A stretch of 63,992 nt of DNA, filler included, from Hyphochytrium catenoides (Eukaryota; Protista; Hyphochytriomycota): NCBI GenBank assembly GCA_900088475.1. It is 9 parts of 9 records of this genome, joined end to end, with 100 filler letters (N's around TTAATTAATTAA, not from the genome) between each part and the next. Parts side by side here need not be neighbours in the genome. Positions count along the whole stretch, not along the records: positions 28,012 to 47,777 come from FLMG01003583.1; 8 more parts are not named here. One strand, 5' to 3'. Positions 33,889 to 47,500 of this stretch are shown here, one piece after another (positions within the stretch are counted from its first letter, which is position 1; every line of letters starts with the position of its first letter). The translations under genes and the position numbers were made by a program. The notes beneath the pieces are model-generated. The model did no database searches, was not told the origin of the DNA, and saw only the letters and a list, made by a program, of their open reading frames with translations.

Positions 33889-35031
33889 GGTGACTCTTGT
33901 GCACTAGCGCACTCCTATCAGCGCCGCAGTTGCCAACTTCCTTGACAACGCCTACACCACAGACACGATTCGTAGCGCAAAACCCCCGTGAACTATGTCC
34001 TCCAGCAAACTCCACTTCCGCAGCGGCGTCACTGGCCTCAGCTGCCAAAGGCTTGGCCAGCCACCATCTTCTCTTCTATTATCTTTTTACCCTCACTCAG
34101 CGCTGGAACTTCCTCTGGCTCCTGCTCTGGCTCTTTAACGCTTTTCGTCGCTGGTTCTGGAAGAAGGCTATCGGCAGCCTCCTCCTTCGCTAGCTCCTGG
34201 AGGACGCCGGCGATCTCCTTCAGGAGTTCTTCCTCCTCCAAGGGATCCACCACCGGTTCTGATGCCGCCACCGGTTCTGATGCCGCCATCATTTGGTTCA
34301 GAGAGCCAACCTGCGGAAAAAAAGAGCCAATCTAGTCTCCTGCTGGTTCAACCCTCCTTGTGGACTCTTCAGCGGATGGAACCAGGAAGAGCCCATAGCT
34401 ACGGACTTAGAGACGGATAGTAGGGTTGGGCCAATGGCCAGGATGAGGCCAAGCCCTAGACCCATCCCGAACCCGACACCGATAGATAAAGATACACCTG
34501 GCCATGGGCCAAACCCTATCCGTCTCGAAGTCCGTCGCTATGGGCTCTTCCTGGTTCCATCCGCTGAAGAGTCCACACGGAGGGTTGAACAAGGAGACTA
34601 AATTGGCTCTTTCTTTTCCGCAGGTTGGCTCTCTGAACCAAATGATGGCGGCATCAGAACCGGTGGTGGATCCCTTGGAGGAGGAAGAACTCTTGAAGGA
34701 GATTGCCGGCGTCCTCCAGGAGAGTTAGCGAAGGAGGAGGCTGCCGATAGCCTTCTTCCAGAACCAGCGACGAAAAGTGAGCGTTAAAGAGCCAGAGCAG
34801 GAGCCAGAGGATGTTCCAGCGCTGAGTGAGGGTAAAAAGAAACTGAAGAAAAGACGGTGGCTGGCCAAGCCTTTGGCAGCTGAGGCCAGTGACGCCGCTG
34901 CGGAAGTGGAGTTAACTGCGGACATAGTTGAAGGGTTTTTGGGCGCGAATTGTGGATGTGCTGTAGGCTTTGTCAAGGAAGTTGGCAACTGATGCGCTGA
35001 TAGGAATGCGCTAGTCCACAGGAGTCACCTT
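33887..35031. repeat. ~1.15-kb palindrome: arms 33887-34442 and 34497-35031, 54-bp spacer
   Basis: Arms are reverse complements with scattered substitutions and indels (for example, an 18-bp duplication in the left arm only). A third partial copy lies at about 47500-47700. Confidence 0.95.
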
Positions 35032-37680
35032 ACATGCCGATGTTCTCACAGGAAATGTGGACGCCAAGGCGGGAACAGAAGTTCAAACTTCGTAATAGGT
35101 CTCGAGGGTGGGTGAGCCTGCTGGATGGACGGAGGCGACGACTGGAACCAAGCAGGGAAGGAAGATGAAGAGTTCAGGAGTACGAAGAACGCCAGAGTGT
35201 GGAACAAACAATGAAGACGTGAGGGAACAGACGGGAACTAAAGAAGGATGGAAAAGAACGAGAGAGGAGAGAGACAGACTGCTGGCGAGAGAAAGCAGTA
35301 GGCAAAAGGACAGAGATGATGCCAGTTTATCAGAGGCTAAATAAAGGGACGAGGAAGAGAATGGGAATCATCGTATTAGCTTCCTAGATTCACTCATTCT
35401 GATTCTTTCTTGCTTTCTTTGTCTCCGTCCCCAGCGCTCCACAAAGCTTGAGCTCCTTCTCCGTCCCACCCACCGCCTTCCTCCGCCAAGTTCGACGAAG
35501 TTCTCTTGTTGTTTCCAAACTCACATCGTTCGCCCCAGTCTTCAACTCTCTCTCGGTCGACGCTCTGTCTCCTCCCCAACCACCACCAGCAACTGTGCTC
35601 TCTCCTTCTTCTTTCAACGAACCAGGAGCTCTCTTCTTCTTTCCTTATGGGTCACTGTTACTCTCTGTCTTCTTTTCTTACCTCCCTACTGGTTGTTGCG
35701 CTTGTGAAGGGACAATGAAGAGCACAAAGACGTAGTCTGACTCTTCCCAGCAGGGACGGTTTCCTCTCCTCTCGTCGTGGGCAGCAAGCATGGTAAAACA
35801 GTAGTAAGGAGGGGTCTACCTTCAGCAAGTATATGGGCTTCTTCCTCCTCCAGAGAGGCAGCAGCAGGATTAAGAAGAGCAGTGGAAAGGGGCGGATGGA
35901 GGATCTCCTATTGAAGAGAGTAGTAGACTCAGCCAGAGATTGATGAGAGGGCGTAGGGACAGATAGGGGAGGAATGGTTGGCAGAGAGAGAGGCAAAGAG
36001 AAAGAAAGGAAGTTGAGGGAGATAGAGGAGGACGACTAGGGTTTGGTCTCTCTCTAGCTGGAGAGCGAGCGAGCTCTGTCTGACGCTATGCTTCTGTCAC
36101 GTTCCTGGCAGCGTTCTTTCGAATGTCTGTTCGAACGCTCTGTCTTCCCTCCTCTCACTCTCCGGGACTTCGGGCAGGTGGTGATGATGGCCCAGGCCTC
36201 TCTGTCTGTGTGGCCCAATGGATCTCTGCTGACCTCTGTCTCGTCGTCTCTCTTCTCCTTGTCTCTCTCTCCCTGTCTCTGTCTCTGTCTCTCTGTCTCA
36301 TCATAATGTTTGTCTCTCTTCCTCTCGCCTTGGACAGGACAAACTGAATTTTAAACTGCAATAATCTAACTGCTCCCTATGGAAATAAACGCTTGAATAA
36401 TTCCTGAGGCAGCCATATAATGATAGTCTACTTAAGATGAAAACATTTTGAATGAAGCCTTCGCCAATATCTTTCAATATCTTTCTCGCGCCCATTCCTG
36501 GAGGAGACAGGCGCTGAAGCGTCGAACACAGAGCTCGATCGGAGGCTGGAGACTGGAGGCTGGACCGCAAGAGAGAGAAGGAGGAGAGTCTGAGAGTCTG
36601 GGACCGACGGACCCGGTGGTGGCCGCATTGGTGCCGGGAATCCCGTAGAAGACCGTGGACGAGAGACTGCTTGGAACCCTATCTTCTGCTTCTGGCTTCT
36701 GGCTTGAGATCGAACAAGCAATAATGAAGCGAAAGGCATACGTCTTGAGAGTGCCAGTACTATTTTGATGTAGAGTATGATGATGATCCCTGGTTCATAT
36801 GATTGTTGCTGGCACCAGCAACAGGAGCCAGAGGCTCACGCTAGCCATCAAGATAGGCACGCCAGTTGTCGGGTATATAGTCACAATCGTATGTTCTTTG
36901 TGACCGAGCGCAGCAGCATGCGTCCTGCTGCTTTGCTGGATAGTTCCTTCGTCCATCCAAAAAGTGTTGCTAGGGCGGATCGCAACAGTGACGCTGCCTT
37001 TCGTGGTCCTTCTCCGACAAACCCAAGGCGTTGAGAAGGAAGACGTCCAGCAACGACCCAAGGCTTTCTTAGTGGCTCTCACCGCGGCCTCTATCTAACT
37101 GTTGCATTCCTCAGCCTAACCCAATCTGAGATCGTCGATGCTTCCAAATCATTGGATGTCGTTCACAGCTAGGCCCGCTGCCATTGCAACTCTAAACTAT
37201 AATGCTGCTAATGTTACATCTCCCTCCCAGCGATGAGAATCGTATCAGAGCTTCTGCTAGGTGCAGATGCCTCTCGCATGGCGTTGAAGGGGCTTCTGGC
37301 TCGTCAATGATTGACGAATGAATGTAAGCTTTATCGGCCTTGACACCGTCATAGTGTTGGTCGCTCAACCCAGCCGCCAGGTTATACTTAGGATAGATAG
37401 AACTCTTCATAGAATAAGCCCCCAACTAGTTAGTAGAATCCTCGTCTTATGTCCCGTTAAGATAGCCCAATATAACAAATTTGAAAGAGTCGCTTTGTAG
37501 CCTTAGGTAACTCCACTGTGACCGCTGACCCTTGTTGGCCGACGCCTGATCAAGGATTCTTGATAGAGACCTACATCTGCACCGTCATCATGGGCTTACC
37601 TCGTCATTCTCCAGTGGGCCATTTAGGCGCTGTCTCACCATCTTCTCTATAGCATTAGGTCTGGGGCAGCTTGATATGTC
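34840..37680 (+). repeat. Left arm of the long inverted repeat flanking CFAP20DC
   Basis: Reverse complement of about 44535-47700. Examples: 35050-35420 vs 46810-47175, 36040-36365 vs 45895-46215, 37500-37565 vs 44675-44740. Confidence 0.9.
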
Positions 37681-37799
37681 GATCGTGATCTGAAGGAGGA
37701 ACTTACCGCGATATCCTTGTCTTCACTGCGTTGAATTCATAGAAAAGGGCATACAGGGTCATAATTAGTTAGTGACAACCCTAAAAGACTCAGGCAATG

Positions 37800-38523
37800 G
37801 AGGAAACGATGGCAAAATATAATATACTCATTTTCAGAAGGCGAATCACCATTGACAGGAGACACCAACGGAGAAGGAAGTGTCATCGTTGGAGACGTAC
37901 AATGTAAAGCCGTGAAGCCTCCGGAAGCGGTTCTTTCCTTCACATTGACGTCCGGAGGAGGCGAGGAAGCCAGTAGCACAGTAGTAGTAGAATGTCTCCA
38001 TACCTGCGCTCTGCGCTACCTGTGTAGAAGACACCTTAGTACCATCTCTGACTGACAGTCTAAACGACAAGAGGTGAAGTCTACTGAGAGTCACGCAAAG
38101 GCATGCAGGTCCAAGGGTTATAGAGAATTAAAATGGACAGGAATATCATGATCTCAAGTCCGCGAGCCAGGTAGATGCAACTTTGACGATGAGAATGGCA
38201 GCGGTGTTTCAGAGCCAAGAGCGGAACGTGGTAGTGCTTCAATAGGTTCGTCTGAGAGAAGAAAATAGTTCTGACTGACCTGTAGAGGAGTGGCATCGTT
38301 ATCATTCTTCGCATCCGGCCTGGTCCCGCTCTTGAGCATTAGCCGGACATCATCAAGGTTCGGGACGTCCACAGCTGTAGAGAGAAGGTTATCGCTGGCA
38401 GATAGGACTCTGTGAGGACTCGGTTGCGCTGGAGTCTTTATCCTGCTGGCGAGAGCTGCCAAAGCGCCCGGTAAGGCGGCGCTTTGCTGTTCCCTTGCCT
38501 CCAGACTTCTTCCTCGGAGGCAT
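37800..38523 (-). pseudogene. Ankyrin-repeat gene fragment, copy 2
   Basis: Paralogous to 31080-31844. MPPRKKSGGKG is frameshifted from ALASRIK..DVRLMLKSGTRPDAKNDNDATPLQ; the second exon ..PPPDVNVKERTASGGFTALH is also frameshifted. Confidence 0.7.
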
Positions 38524-39506
38524 CTTTCTTCTCTACAAGCAAAGTGCCCGGATTTGCCTCCCTGACACAGCAGAAGGGGCAGCAGCCTCTCACAAGATGT
38601 CAGGATGGCTATGAAGGCACACGAGTGGAGAATGAGCAGACTCCTCGGAGAAAAGGAAGCTATGGAAGAGCCGTAGATATCGCAACTACCTCAGATAAGA
38701 CAAGCTCAAAGGCCAGAGCTCGATTGGCAAGAGGTCTTCTGGACGCAATGAGTCTGCACTCCATCAGCTGGCTAGGGAAGGTTATCTAGCGTCATCCCGA
38801 GTGCCAACGGAGAGATCAGCGGTCAGCGCTTTTCGGCTTGACAGCGGGAGATTTGACAAAATTTCTGATGGAGGAGCTAGCCTGCTTAGCTTCTTAGACG
38901 GAGAGTGTAATCATGGAAGAGCTTCAATTTGGCGCGGCATCGATCTACTTTTGAGCTCTCTTCCTCTTCCCTCAGCTCCTCGGCCATGATCAAATCACGC
39001 CTATCCGTTTCAAAGAACCCCAGGGCGTTAGCGGCTCTACAGCGTGCATTTTTTGAGAAAATTGGGTAGTGCAAAAAGGAATTCTGAAGCTTTGCGGCGG
39101 TCTTGATTGCCGATTTCCGCTATTCTTCTGAAGCTCCTGAGAAGTTGACCGTGCTAATGTATGGAACTCGATTGAGTTGTTAGGGCTGCGGTCATGCGCT
39201 GAGGCAGTCGCCGAGCGTTTTCTGCTAGTGGGACTTATTCTCGCTAGGATAAAGCTCGGGTCTAACAGCCATATCAAGTGGGGCGCTAGACTGTCCTTCG
39301 TTGTCTGTTTGATTTTTTATCTTATAGGACCTCGGAAGCATCTTTTGGCACATTTATCCTGCCTGCTGCACCAAACAAAGAATGCGGCGACTCAGGGCAG
39401 CTTTTTCGCTATCGGCTGCATTGTCACTGCCATACACCTTTCAGTCTTCAGTAACCTGGGCCTGAGTTCAAATCCTGGAGTCGTTCAGCAGTTCAAGAAT
39501 ATCGTA

Positions 39507-42500
39507 ATGTTTGCAAAGGCGTACCAAGGAGGAGCCTTCGTGGAGATCTTCTCTACGCATGGCCAGAATCCTGCTGCGGGGTGGAAGCTTTCCGGGAACG
39601 TCAAGAAGCTTTACGAGACCGATGTCAAGGGATATGTGTACAGTTGCGAAGGAGGACCAGCCACCAAGATGCTGCTTCCGAAGGACGGCTCCACACAATG
39701 TGCGTGGCATCTGATATTATTTATTTTCTTGTCTTTGATCTTGCTTGCTCATCCATCTCATTCCTCTGCAGTGGGATTGAGTCAGCCAGTCCTGGTCCTT
39801 CAATGCTGGATAGTCCCAAGTCGGAGCTTTTCTGTGGAGCTGACAGTCACTGACAACACAAAGTCCAGACGACGCCTCGTCCTGTCTACAGCTTTCAACA
39901 CGACCATAGCAAACCCGCTCCATGTCCAGGTACGTGGGAAGTAAGGGGGAAGCTCCTGAGACATCTAGAGAGAGTGTCAAGGGAAAGACAGTTTGAAGAG
40001 CTAGATAACTAAGCGGGAAGGGGCGGACAGGGTGCATATTGTCTGGTCTCAGGTACGACCATCCCGAAGATAGAGGGATCATAACTGATGAACAGGAAGG
40101 ATAATAGAGAAAAACGCCAGACGATGCGATGGATCTCCTCTCACGGATGTTACGCTTGCAGATACCGTTGACAAACGTTATTCGAGGAGACTGGCTCAAC
40201 CTTGCCATTGACCTAGCCTCTATCGTCGAGCACCATTTCAGGTGTGAAAATCAGAAGGAGTTCTGAAGCCGTCAAGCATTCACTTTCTTGTTTCTTTGAA
40301 CCATTCTTTGTCAATGTCAGCCTTATCGCTTTACACGTCTTTCTTAGTACTTATAATGTCTATTCTTGGGATGCTTGAACTTTGCTTGCAGAGGCAGCAA
40401 TTATAGGAGTTTGGAGGCCATCACGGTTAGCGCTCACTGCAAGCTCAGGCGGATATTTACCCTCCGATCTTGCCCCAGTGATACAACAGGAGAGCAGATG
40501 CGGGGAGGTAAGAGAGGCGAAGAAGAGGAGAGACATGGCAGCAAAGCGTCTTTCTGGCGTCGTGAGAGCCACTGACAGCACTCAACAGGCACTGAGAGTA
40601 TTCCCCGCGCCATTGACTATCCTGCTATGATGTCTCCGGCTCCGAAGACTCAGGTAATAGGAACGCCCACCAGTGAGGAGCGCTCGGCAGGGTCCATGAC
40701 CAAAGGTACGGAAGGACCTACGAAGCGGAGGCTCATTTTCCTCATTCTTATCACCCCTGAATCTAGTTATGGCGGCCTCTGAGGGTGTTTTTGCCTCCCA
40801 AGAACACATATATCACCTCTTAGTTTTGTCTATTACTCGGAATATTCTCGCGTTTAGTTCCTCATCATAGGGCCAGTGGTCTACTTGCTTAGCTTCCTCC
40901 TTGGCCCCTTTCCTGTTATACCCTAGAAGCGTCCAATCCCGCTGTGGAGGGCCAAAAAGGAGTAATTAAGGAACGAAATAAGGTCAGTTCAATCTTACGA
41001 GCCTGTTGAATAGCTGGAAAGCTAACATAAGGACAGACGGCTGTCCCTAGCTCAAGAGCAATCAGTAATGTGCAGAAGCCCTCTGCTGCTTCTCGAGGTG
41101 CGTCCTCATCTAATGTATTCCGAGAGAAAAATAGAGGATTGCCGATGTCGGCACGTTCTGAAGTAGGGGACCAGAAATCGCCCTTAAGCACGACACAGTC
41201 CAACCTGACAGGCAAGAAACAAACCGGCTATCATCTGAAAAACTCCGGCCCTAGCCCGGGGCAGAGGGCGGACAAACCTGCTATCACCGCACGTTCCAGT
41301 ACTTCTTATGGCTCCTCGGCATCACCAGGCCCTTCCCTCTTGTCCTCTGCTAGATACCGTGATAAGACGATCTCTAGCCCTGAGAAAGGAAATCTTATGT
41401 TCACCGAATCAGGAGCACCGTCGGGTGAAAGCGAACGTCCACAAGTATTCAAATCAGACCTTCCTAGAGGTTCAATAGGCCTTACCGGGGAGCATATGGG
41501 CAGCTTGCAGCAGCAGACGTCTCCGTCCTTGATTGATGCAATGGAGGCCTTTAAACTAGACTTGGTTGTGGAGAAGAGCGAGAAACAGAGCACAAAACCA
41601 TTTGCTCAGGAGAAATCGCCATCTGGCAAAGCAAGAAGCGCAACAGCAGGCCAGAAGAGCCCGCGAAGTAAACAAAATCATGCGCAATCGTCGCCTATGG
41701 GTGACGTGACGGCCTTATTGCTACAGTCTAGGGCGGATGGACCCCTGGATCCTCTTGCCAGCTTAGAAAGACTGCTTGAAGCTTCAAGGAGGACATTGCC
41801 TGCAAAAAGCGATGGTGCAACCCTTAACACACCGTTGCCCTCAGCCGCCGTGCTCAGCACAGCTGGTGAGATCGCTTTCCGACCCGGTGGCTCCCCATAC
41901 TTAAACGACTCAAGGGCTAAGCAGCTCAGTCCAGCCCCGTTGCCATCTTCCCTAACCTCTGTAAAGAAGGATGCTTGGGTCATCTCGCAAAAATTGGGTA
42001 CAAGTGAGGGTAAAGGGGAAGTGTCAGTGGAAGTGCTCGAGGTTCATCAAGAGAGTCCGAACGCTATGTTCGAGCATTCCAATCGTGAGGACACCATATC
42101 AGATAATCCAATCGCGGGCGGTGGCCCCTCAAGAGAACTGGAGACTAGGGACGACCAAAGCAGCACCACACGCCATCTAGAAAGTTCCTCCGAGACGTGG
42201 GGAAGAGTTGGACAGGAAGACGGGAGTTTTCCTTGCTTTGAACATGCAGATGTCTCTCTGGTAAGTCAAGAGGAAGAGGGACCGCATGGGCGATATATGG
42301 CTTCAGAGACGGGATACCACATACACAGAAGCAATGAAGACTTCTTGAAAGCACCTGAGGATACAATGCTTGACGGACACCAGGAGAGGAAAGAGGAAGA
42401 AGGAAGGGCGGAAGACTCATCAGACCGAGTCATAATGGAGGACTCTTCCTCCTCATGCAGCATCCTCTCGAAGCAAACGTTGGACCTGTTGGAGAAGCTG

Positions 42501-43955
42501 AACGATGCACCCCAGACTGTAGAAAAGGCTTCTTATGGTCATACAGGAGCCACCAAAACCTCTTCTGGGGGCTCGAGAACTCCGCAGGTCCTGCAGAATG
42601 AACGTAGCATCCCAACCATTGTAGTCCCAGAGAACAGAAGTCCGAGCTACGGAGATTCCAGACTAAATGATGCGTCATCTGACGGGGCCTCTCTCCACTC
42701 CCATTCATCGAGTGCATCCTCGGTTTTCCGCACCCGCCCGGAAAGCTTCCCCTTCCATAGCAGCTTGAGCTCCACAGCAGAGGCGGGGAATGGGGTCCTG
42801 CTTGGAACAGATATACAGACAAGGAAGTCACGGTCCCAGTTTCCTGCATCTATATCTAGACCAGTCACCGCACAGCAGACTATAAGCTTCAACGTCAGAT
42901 CAGGTCTGGCAACCAGGCCGAGAACTGCAAACGACGGGGTGCAAACGTCCGAGGGGAGCATCACCGCTTGGGATACAGCAGATACCGAAGCGGATCTAGG
43001 GCAAGGGTCTAAGCCTTCATTCCCACCTGCTTCGGTCAAACTTTTGAAAAGCTGCCTAAAGAAGTCCACTCCTGCTCCCAACCCCTGGCTCGATGGACCT
43101 CGACCCTCTACGGCGAGGGAGAGAGACACAGAGAGAATGACAACCATTGTGCGTCCCCTTTCCCGAGGTGGCAAACTTAGTCTCCATCACTGGGAACACC
43201 CGCAGGCCCAAGATAGGTTAGCGAGCTCTTCGACCTCCTTAGGAGGTGAGCAGGAATCATCATCAGCTAGACAGCCCGAGGCCAAAGGGCTTACTCTCGA
43301 GGGCATTGAGACTTACCAGGCAGAACATTATCAGAATGGCGACAATAGCCAACATGAGCTGAGAGACGGATCTCTGGAGGAAAAGGAAGAACAGATCTCT
43401 AACGAGAGTGAGTCATTTGGGGGAAAGATGCATGGAAGCTGGGGTAACTCTGGAGGTGACGCCGAGAGCAGTGACAGGGAGAACTTCAGGCAATTGGCTG
43501 GCACGGAAACCCAGGAGCCGGAGCATGACATCGAAGCAGAAAACCTCGCTTTTTTCGATCCTGACAGTGCCATCCCAGAGGGAGACAAGGATGTCTCCCA
43601 GGCGATATGCGACGTTGAGGACGATATTGAGGAAGACACTCGTGCGCTGTTTGGAACTGGTGAGAAGGCGGGCACCAAGCTGGAGCCGGACGCGGGGGAT
43701 GATGAAAGCGGAGAAGGGAAGACAGAAGATATCGAGAACGAGAATAGAGAGTTATTCGGAGAGCCAGTGGAAGACGTCCACGAGGTAAGTGAACCTTGTG
43801 CCTTAGCATCTGGAGAGAAAGAGCTGCTTACTATAGTTTGCCAATCGTAGGAACCTCACAAGAGCGCCAGTGGCCAGCTGGAGCTCATCTATGACCCTAT
43901 ACTGCAGTGTTATGTGGACCCACTAACGCAAAAGTACTACCAGCTCAAAGACTAG
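39507..43955 (+). CDS. CFAP20DC: CFAP20 domain-containing protein (C3orf67 orthologue), multi-exon
   Basis: MFAKAYQGGAFVEIFS...LGLSQPVLVLQ...RRRLVLST..NPLHVQIPL..WLNLAIDL..VSAHCKLRRIFTL, and the conserved C-terminus LIYDPILQCYVDPLTQKYYQL. Exons 39507-39699, 39772-39929, 40162-40241, 40392-40507, 40589-40653, then uncertain small exon(s), a long low-complexity exon ending at 43784, and 43851-43955. Confidence 0.92.
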
Positions 43956-44534
43956 GTAGCATCCAAAGCTCAGATTTGCATTGGATAGGGCCACTGCTTT
44001 GTCGTTTTTCTGCTCATGTGTGTCATCAACTCAAGATGCAGTGCAGGAGCTTGGCGCTTCTTTGCGAACCACCAACACAACGTGGCTGCTCAGACTCAAT
44101 CATTCGTGGCGCCTAACATTCCTCTAGGCCCCTCTGCTCGTGTGGCAGATGTCGGGCAATTGACGGCTAAAGTGAGCAGCCTCATGGTTATGCTGCAAGG
44201 GTGGAGGGGGCTGTGAATGTCACAGTGCCGTTCGCTCAGGAGCGCAGCATACTTTAGATTCAATGGGTCTTGTCGAGACTACCTTCAACGCATCAGTAGG
44301 TGTTGGTCACATCTCCAAACTCTCCGTGGCTTGCGTAAGAGCATACTTACATAGACTACCTACCAGGACAGTACGACCGCAATGACGCTAAAGTGCTTCA
44401 GGGCCTTGACCGGCTATTAAGACTGGGTCATTCACTACCATCTGATTCATCGAGCTCATGTCAGGGCCTCGTGGGCGATTGTGATTGTTCTTCAGGCTCC
44501 GCCCTAGCTAGGAACGTGGGCATCTTTGTGCTCT

Positions 44535-47500
44535 CAATCGACATATTCGCCTCTAGAGCTAATAATTTTGAGCAGACGGTGAGACAGCGAAGAAATGGCC
44601 CACTGAGGAATGACGCGGTAAGCCGATGAATGAGGACCCAGAGGTTGTCTCTATCCCCTTCTTGGTGTTCCCAAACATCAAGAGTTCCTGATCAGCGTCG
44701 GCCGACCTTGAGTCCGCGGTCACATCGGCGTTACCTAAGGCTATTAAGCGAGTTGATTCTTTGTAATTGGATTATCTTAACGGGGACATTTGACGAGGGT
44801 TCTTATAGATAGGTGAAGGCTTACTCTCTGAGGTGAGAGTACTATTTGTAAAGTATCTGCTGCCGGGCGGCTGGCTTGAGCGAGGAACTCATGACGATGC
44901 CAATGCTGATAATAAAGCGCAAAGCTACCTAGAATGAGTCATCGGCGACCGAGAGGCTCATTCAATGCCACGCGGGACGCATCTGCGCCTAACAAAAGCT
45001 CTGTTACGAGTCCCATTGTTTGGAAGGAGGTCTATGATGACCAGTGCTATACTTTAGAGCTGCAATGGGAGCGGGTCTATCAGTGAACGACATCCAATGA
45101 TCTGGCAGCAGCGACGATGTCCAGCTTCGGTAAGGATGACGACGGATGCATCAAGAAGATAGAAGGGTTAGAGCCACTAAGAAGGCCTTGGGTCGTTGCT
45201 GCTGGACCTCTTTCCTCATCAACCGTTTGAGTTCGCTGGAGAGGCGCCACAAGGGTCGCGTCACTGATGCGATCCGCCCCAGCGAGCTAAATAACAAGCA
45301 TGGATGGATGAAGGAATAATCCAACGAAGCAGCAGGGCGCATGCTGCTGGGCACCGTCACAAAGAACATACCATCGTGCCTATGCACGTAACGACTGGTG
45401 GCGTGAGTAACTTGAAGGTCAGCGTGAGCCTCTGGCTCCTGTTGCTGGTGCCAGTAGCGATCATATGATCCAGGCATCAGCCTCTACATCATAATAATAG
45501 TACTGGCACTCTCAACACGTATGCCTTCCGGTCCCTCATCACGTGCTGCTCAGCCAAGCCAGAAACAGAAAACAGTGCTCCAAGCGGTCTCTCGTCCACG
45601 GTCTTCTACTACGGGATTCCTGCCACCAATGCTGCTGCGGCCACCAGGTCCGTCGGTCCCAGACTCTCCTCCTCCTCTCTCTTGCGGTCCAACCAGCCTC
45701 CAGTCTCCAGCCTCCGATCGAGCTCTGCGTTCGACGCTTCGGCGCCTGTCTCCTCCTGGAATGGGCGCGAGAAAGATATTGAAAGATATTATTGACGGCT
45801 TCATTCGAAATATTCCCATACTTAACTGACCTACAGGTATGTGATACCTCTTGAAAGATTCATATGTATATTTCGATAGGGAGCAGTTAGACTGTTACAG
45901 TTCAAAATTCAGTTTGTCCTGTCCAAGGCGAGAGGAAGAGAGACAGACATTATGGTGAGACAGAGAGACAGAGATAGAGACAGAGGAGAGAGAGAAGGAG
46001 AAGAGGGACGCCAAGACAGAGGTCAGCAGAGATCCATTGGGCCACACAGACAGAGAGGCCTGCTGGCCATCACCACCTGCTCGAGGTCCTGGAGAATGAG
46101 AGGAGGGAAGACAGAGCGTTCGAACAGACATTCGAAAGAACGCTGCCAGGAACGTGACAGAAGCATAGCGTCAGACAGAGCTCGCTCGCTCTCCAGCTAG
46201 AGAGAGACCAAACCCTACTAGTCGTCGTCCTCTTCCTCAGCTTCTTTCTTCCTCTTTGCCTCTCTCTCTGCCAACCACTCCCTAACTGTCTCTCCTCTTC
46301 TCCGCCTTTCTCATCATTCTCTGAGTCTGCTCTCTTCGATAGGAGACCTCCATCCGCCCCTTTCCACTGCTCTTCTTACTACTGCAGCAGCAGCAACTGG
46401 GAGTCCATGTACTTGCGGAAGATAGACCCCTCCTTACTACTGTTTTACCATCCTTCTTGTCCACGGCGAGAGAAGAAATCAAGATCGTAGCTGCTGGGAC
46501 CGGAAGGGTCAGGCTAGGTCTTGTGCTCTTTTTTGTCCCTTCACAAGCACAACCAGTAGGGAGGTAAGAGAAGAAGACAGAGAGTAGTAATAGTGACACA
46601 TAAAGAAAGAAGAGAGCTCCTGGTTAAAAGAGAGCACAGTTGGTGGTGGGGGAGCAGACAGAGCGTCGAGAGAGAGATGAAGAAATCGGGCGAACGATGT
46701 GAGTTTGGAAAGAACAAGAGAACCTCGTTGAACCTGGCGGAGGAAGGCGGTGGGTGGGACGGAGAAGAGCTCAAGCTTTGTGGAGCGCTGGGGAGCCAAA
46801 GAAAGAACGAAAGAAAGAATCAGATGAGTGAATCTAGGAAGCTAATACGATGATTCCCATTCTATTCCTCGTCCCTTTAGCCTCTGATAAACTGGCATCA
46901 TTATCTCTGTCCTTTTGCCTACTGCTTTCTTCTCTCGCCAGTCTGTCTCTCTCTCCTCTCTCGTTCTTTTCCATCCTTCCTTATTCCCCGTCTGTTCCTC
47001 TCACGTTTTCCTCTGTTTGTTCTACACTCTGGTGGTGTTCTTCCTACTACTGAACTCTTCACCTCTTCCCTGCTTGATTCCTGTCGTCGCCTCCGTCCAT
47101 CCAGCAGCCTCACCCACCCTCGAGACCTATTACGAAGTTTGAACTTCCGTTCCCGCCTTGGCGCCCACATCTCCTGTAACAACATCGAGGAGCCAGCAGT
47201 GGTAGAGGATAGAGAGCCTGGGATGAAGGAAGGAAAACAGGGAAGGAGAGAAAACGGAGAGAGAAAGTAAAGAAGCGTTAAGAGATGAGGAGGAGGTAAG
47301 GGTGCAAAACGGTAGAATCGGCGAAGACTGATCGACAAGAAGGAGATGAATATCTCCAAGCAAGGGAGTCGACCAGGGACTGAACAGTGAGTACTCGAAC
47401 AAGGGCAGGACGGAAGCTGGGAAAACAGAAGATAGCCAAGGCAAGAGCAAGGGAGGGATAGAGAGAGTGGAGGAGCAGCAAGTGCCAAGGGTCACATGAA

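Noticed and set aside
39177-39506. N-terminal extension of the CFAP20DC ORF from a TTG start (likewise 58370-58555 for GT61)
   Set aside because: CFAP20DC homology starts at ATG 39507 (MFAKAYQGG); the GT61 extension is CT-repeat sequence upstream of the first ATG.
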